Shown: positions 60,351 to 64,000 of the stretch, piece by piece
Layout of the letters: every line of letters begins with the position of its first letter
Position numbering within the stretch: the stretch's first letter is position 1
NCBI GenBank assembly: GCA_026414165.1
Contig: JAOAJN010000003.1
Coordinates: 579-64,578, forward strand
Length of the DNA stretch: 64,000 nt
Origin: Candidatus Methanomethylicaceae archaeon
GTDB lineage: Archaea > Thermoproteota > Methanomethylicia > Methanomethylicales > Methanomethylicaceae
Reading direction: 5' to 3'
Translations under genes and position numbers: made by a program
Notes under the pieces: model-generated
What the model saw: only the letters and a program-made list of their open reading frames with translations
What the model was told of the DNA's origin: nothing
The model's database searches: none

Positions 60351-61616
60351 GTGGTTACAGATTCGAGAATATCAGGATTTTATAAGATGTCCATAGAGGA
60401 AAGAAGAAAGATATTAATTGAGAAAGCAGGTCTTTCTGAGGAGGACCTGAAGGTTTTGGATTGTGGGCTTGAAATCTCACTTGCGGACAAAATGATCGAG
60501 AACGTGGTAGGAACGATCCAGATCCCGCTAGGGATCGCGACAAACTTCAGGATCAATGGAAAGGACTACTTGATACCTATGGCAACCGAAGAGCCCTCCG
60601 TAGTTGCTGCGGCAAGTCATGCGGCAAAGCTCGCACTTCCAGAAGGATTCACTGCAAAGAGCACCTCGCCAGTTATGAGGGGGCAAATACAAATTTTGCA
60701 GGTTAAAGATCCAGAGGAGGCAAGGAGCAGAATTTTGAAGCTTAAAGATGAGTTGATCCAAAAGGCGAACCGATTCGCAGATATCTTGCCCAAAATAGGA
60801 GGCGGGGTGAAGGACTTGGGTGTAAGAATCATTGGTCCGCCAGAGGATAGCATGTTGGTGGTAGAGTTCTTCGTTGATTGCCGAGATGCTATGGGAGCAA
60901 ATACCGTGAATACGATTTTAGAAGGGATCACACCAGAGGTTGAGGAGGTGGTGCGGGGGAAGGCATTATTGAGAATTTTATCCAACCTCGCCACAGAGAG
61001 AATGGTAAAAGCCACAGTGTTGTACAAAAAAGAGAACATCGGCGGGGAAGGGGTCGTCGACAGTATTGTGAATGCCTACAGATTCGCGTATTATGATCCC
61101 TATAGGGCGACTACCCACAACAAAGGAATAATGAACGGCATCACGGCGGTTACGTTAGCAACAGCAAACGACACTAGGGCAATAGAGGCAGGGGCACATG
61201 CTTATGCGTCACTCACTGGAAGATATCTGCCGCTCTCTCGATGGTATAAAGGCCCCAACGGCGATCTTTTAGGGGAGCTTGAGCTACCAATGGCGTTGGG
61301 CATAGTAGGAGGCGCAACGAAAACACACCCTGTGGCACAGTTAAGCCTTAAAATATTAGGAGTGCGGACCGCCAACGAGTTGGCAGAGATTGCCTGTGCG
61401 GTGGGTTTGGCCCAAAACTTTGCGGCCCTGAGGGCTCTTGCTACGGAAGGCATACAAAGAGGGCATATGGAACTCCATGCTCGTAACATAGCCATAATGG
61501 CGGGGGCCAAGGGCGATCTTGTAGATAAAATCGCGGAGCAGATGGTCAGAGAGAGAAATATCAAAATCACTAGGGCGAAAGAGTTGCTGGAATCTATGCA
61601 AGGAAAGACGGGTTGA
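60351..61616 (+). CDS. mvaA: HMG-CoA reductase, class II (bacterial/degradative type)
   Basis: ENVVG, ATEEPSVVAAAS, DAMGAN, THNKG, GIQRGHMELH. Confidence 0.93.
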   Translation: MVTDSRISGFYKMSIEERRKILIEKAGLSEEDLKVLDCGLEISLADKMIENVVGTIQIPLGIATNFRINGKDYLIPMATEEPSVVAAASHAAKLALPEGFTAKSTSPVMRGQIQILQVKDPEEARSRILKLKDELIQKANRFADILPKIGGGVKDLGVRIIGPPEDSMLVVEFFVDCRDAMGANTVNTILEGITPEVEEVVRGKALLRILSNLATERMVKATVLYKKENIGGEGVVDSIVNAYRFAYYDPYRATTHNKGIMNGITAVTLATANDTRAIEAGAHAYASLTGRYLPLSRWYKGPNGDLLGELELPMALGIVGGATKTHPVAQLSLKILGVRTANELAEIACAVGLAQNFAALRALATEGIQRGHMELHARNIAIMAGAKGDLVDKIAEQMVRERNIKITRAKELLESMQGKTG

Positions 61617-61619
61617 ATT

Positions 61620-62591
61620 ATGAAGATAAATAAAAGGAAAATAATAATCATCTTATTGTCTTCCTTTTTGTTCGTATTTTTTGTTTTTCCTTACTTGATC
61701 CCAGTACCAAAAATCCCAGGAACATTTCCACCATACATGCTTGGGAAAGAAGACAGTAAGTTCATGACCGTCAATGGATTAAAGGTGCATTACAAGATTT
61801 ATGGTTCTGGGGAGCCCACGATTATCCTTATGCACGGTTTTGGTGCATATACCTTTTCTTTCGATCCTATTATTAGAGACCTTTCCAAGTATGGTACTGT
61901 CATAGCTTTTGACAGACCGGCTTTCGGCTTTACCGAAAGGCCTTTGCTCGAGAATTGGAAAGGTCCTAACCCATATACCAACGAGTTTGCAGCAGATTTG
62001 GTAGCGAACTTGATGGACGAGTTGGGCATTAGTAAAGCGATAATTTTGGGGCACTCCGCGGGAGGGGCGGTAGCATTACTGACATACTACAGGCATCCAG
62101 ACAGGGTTGCTGCCCTCATTTTGGAAGACGCTGCAGTATACGGAGGAGGGGCACCTTGGTATGTAGGAATTTTTCAATATTTGCCCCAATTCCAGAGGCT
62201 TGGACCGCTACTGATTAGGAGCATAGCAGGGGATCTTGGCATCAACACCATATACTTAGCATGGTATAATGATTCCAAGATCACTCCAGACATTATAGAG
62301 GGGTATCGGAGACCTCTCATGGCTGAGAACTGGGACTACGCACTCTGGCAGTATACATTAGCATCGAGGGATCTCAGGTTATCAGAAAACTTGAGCAGAA
62401 TTTCGGTGCCAGTCTTGATAATTACTGGAACAGAAGATCAAATAATCCCCCCATCTTATGCAGAGCGCCTCGCAAGTGAAATACCTGGAGCACGACTTGT
62501 GAAAATAGAACAGTGCGGGCACATCCCCCACGAAGAGAAGCCAAAAGAATTCTTGAGCGTGGTAACAGCATTTTTAGGGTCAGCGGATTAA
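61620..62591 (+). CDS. Membrane-anchored alpha/beta hydrolase
   Basis: N-terminal TM, HGFG, GHSAG nucleophile elbow, D, GHIPHEE. Confidence 0.9.
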   Translation: MKINKRKIIIILLSSFLFVFFVFPYLIPVPKIPGTFPPYMLGKEDSKFMTVNGLKVHYKIYGSGEPTIILMHGFGAYTFSFDPIIRDLSKYGTVIAFDRPAFGFTERPLLENWKGPNPYTNEFAADLVANLMDELGISKAIILGHSAGGAVALLTYYRHPDRVAALILEDAAVYGGGAPWYVGIFQYLPQFQRLGPLLIRSIAGDLGINTIYLAWYNDSKITPDIIEGYRRPLMAENWDYALWQYTLASRDLRLSENLSRISVPVLIITGTEDQIIPPSYAERLASEIPGARLVKIEQCGHIPHEEKPKEFLSVVTAFLGSAD

Positions 62592-62647
62592 TAGGAGGGG
62601 GTTTAATCAGTTATTGTAAGATTGTCAAGTCAATTTTCAATTGAGGT

Positions 62648-63208
62648 TTAAAAAGTCAAACTTCTCAGGATATTAACTATGGATTCGTCCTTTATTTCCT
62701 TCATGATCTCTGCTAACTCCTTTTGGCAACTATCTATAATGTCTTCTACGCGATAATTCATTTCCGCGTACTCTAGAGCTTGCCTCAGGGTCGCTATCAA
62801 GTCAGCAGCTTTTGTGACAATTGATTCTTGAGTGCTTTGTTCCTCGTATTCTTCAAATAGCTTGAAGAGCTCCGGGAAACCGCTAATCGAAGAGAGCTCC
62901 TGCATTATCCGTGTTTCTGTAACTTTTTTCATCTCCTTACCGATTTTCTTTGTAAGGGATCGGGGGATGTCGCCTGCCACAGATTCTCCCCAATCGTGAA
63001 TAATCCCCATGAGTAGTAATTTTTTGTTATTCAGAACGTCTCCTGCATGCATCACAACGGTCGCAAGTATAGAGGTTACCTCAAACGAATGTTCTGCAAC
63101 AGTCTCTGCTATGGATGGAGGAATTCCACGCTGTAGCCAACCAGTCCTAGGAATGTTTTTAAGAATTCTGACGGTCTCGGCCACAACTTTTGTGTCCAAA
63201 GAGGTCAC
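62648..63208 (-). CDS. HD-domain hydrolase (YfbR/HDDC2-like 5'-deoxynucleotidase)
   Basis: LKNIPRTGW, ETVAEHS, IHDWGE...GDIP, AAD. Confidence 0.88.
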   Translation of the reverse strand: MTSLDTKVVAETVRILKNIPRTGWLQRGIPPSIAETVAEHSFEVTSILATVVMHAGDVLNNKKLLLMGIIHDWGESVAGDIPRSLTKKIGKEMKKVTETRIMQELSSISGFPELFKLFEEYEEQSTQESIVTKAADLIATLRQALEYAEMNYRVEDIIDSCQKELAEIMKEIKDESIVNILRSLTF

Positions 63209-63371
63209 CTCGTTATTTTTATTTTTTAAAAGTTTTAACTGTATCGCGGAGAATGCAAATCGATTTCATATACGACTGGATTTAATGTGGTGTGTTAAGG
63301 GTTATAAAAAGAAAATTTCTTGAGGGCAGTATATATATCCCAAATTATAAAGAAAAGTAGAGGAACGACTT

Positions 63372-63776
63372 ATGGTGTTGATATCCTCAAAGTATAACCC
63401 AGAACTCGCAGAATATATAAAATCGGTTGGGGGGAGGTGGAGGCCAGAGATCAAGGCTTGGGATGTCCCTGAAGATTCTTACGATGATGTCAAGTATAAG
63501 GCGATGGAGCTCGGCATTACTCTGGAGACACATGCCCAGAAAGGTGACAGAGTTGGCGTGGCTGCCCAATCCAGTAGAGAGGGTTCAACTCCAAGCAGGT
63601 ACGACGCTCAGAAAAACATGCAAGGTACTATCAGGTTAAGGAGATCAAGGGACGGGAGATTTGTAATGGTCAACATTAACCTAATAGCGTTTTCAGAGGA
63701 TGTGGAGAAGCTCCTGAAGGGAGAGGTAAATAGTGTCAGGTTCAGGGTAATGAGACCCAGACCTAGACAGACTTGA
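63372..63776 (+). CDS. Hypothetical protein with N-terminal HARP-like domain
   Basis: YNPEL..YIKS.GGRW.PE.KAW.VP; linker; basic beta-rich C-terminal domain. Confidence 0.6.
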   Translation: MVLISSKYNPELAEYIKSVGGRWRPEIKAWDVPEDSYDDVKYKAMELGITLETHAQKGDRVGVAAQSSREGSTPSRYDAQKNMQGTIRLRRSRDGRFVMVNINLIAFSEDVEKLLKGEVNSVRFRVMRPRPRQT

Positions 63777-63782
63777 ATATAA

Positions 63783-64000
63783 TCAATACTCGACCCTGTT
63801 ACCTGTTATTAAATAGTTGGTTTCGTATCCAATGTAGCACGCATGATCCGCCATGCGCTCGATTATCCTTGCAGTGAGTCCTTTGAAAAGGATGCAAGCG
63901 CCATTATAGTTTCCACTAGCAAGTTTTCTTAGGATTGCCCTATATCTTTGATCAATAGAGTCGTCAGCCTTTATGAGGTCCCTTGCCATTTTCAGATCTC
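63783..64000 (-). CDS. PhoU-domain phosphate uptake regulator (C-terminal part; 5' end off window)
   Basis: DDSIDQRY, RIIERMADHACYI. Confidence 0.8.
   Translation of the reverse strand, partial: DLKMARDLIKADDSIDQRYRAILRKLASGNYNGACILFKGLTARIIERMADHACYIGYETNYLITGNRVEY

Noticed and set aside
1-64000. CRISPR arrays, tRNA/rRNA genes, transposases, integrases, defence systems
   Set aside because: No regularly spaced repeats, cloverleafs or such protein motifs seen by eye; only short tandem repeats at 14142 and 33160

Overview
Archaeal chromosomal DNA, densely coding, with frequent TTG/GTG starts and GGTGA/GGAGG ribosome-binding sites. Archaeal markers include a tRNA-splicing endonuclease, Rpo12/RpoP, Nre and eukaryote-like GlyRS. 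The content (two MtaA-family methyltransferases, a corrinoid protein, a GlcD-like/HdrD-like pair, tungsten AOR, ADP-forming acetate-CoA ligase, group 3b NiFe hydrogenase) suggests an anaerobic, methyl-compound-using Thermoproteota member such as Methanomethylicia/Verstraetearchaeota; this assignment is inference. I found no rRNA, tRNA, CRISPR array or transposase. Four real genes are missing from the ORF track: a CHASE4-PAS-PAS histidine kinase at the left edge, a YHS protein, a zinc-ribbon protein and rpoP. The most interesting regions are: (1) a ~16 kb methyl-transfer island (27-43 kb) with no recognisable substrate-specific methyltransferase but with a divergent CstA-type transporter, AOR, a divergent ureohydrolase, a QueG-like protein and an S2P/FtsX/ABC module; (2) an acs-actP operon carrying two tandem DUF294 nucleotidyltransferase paralogues, one apparently catalytic and one a cNMP-bearing pseudoenzyme, plus a DnaQ-like exonuclease; (3) a hydrogenase large subunit lacking the conserved C-terminal His.
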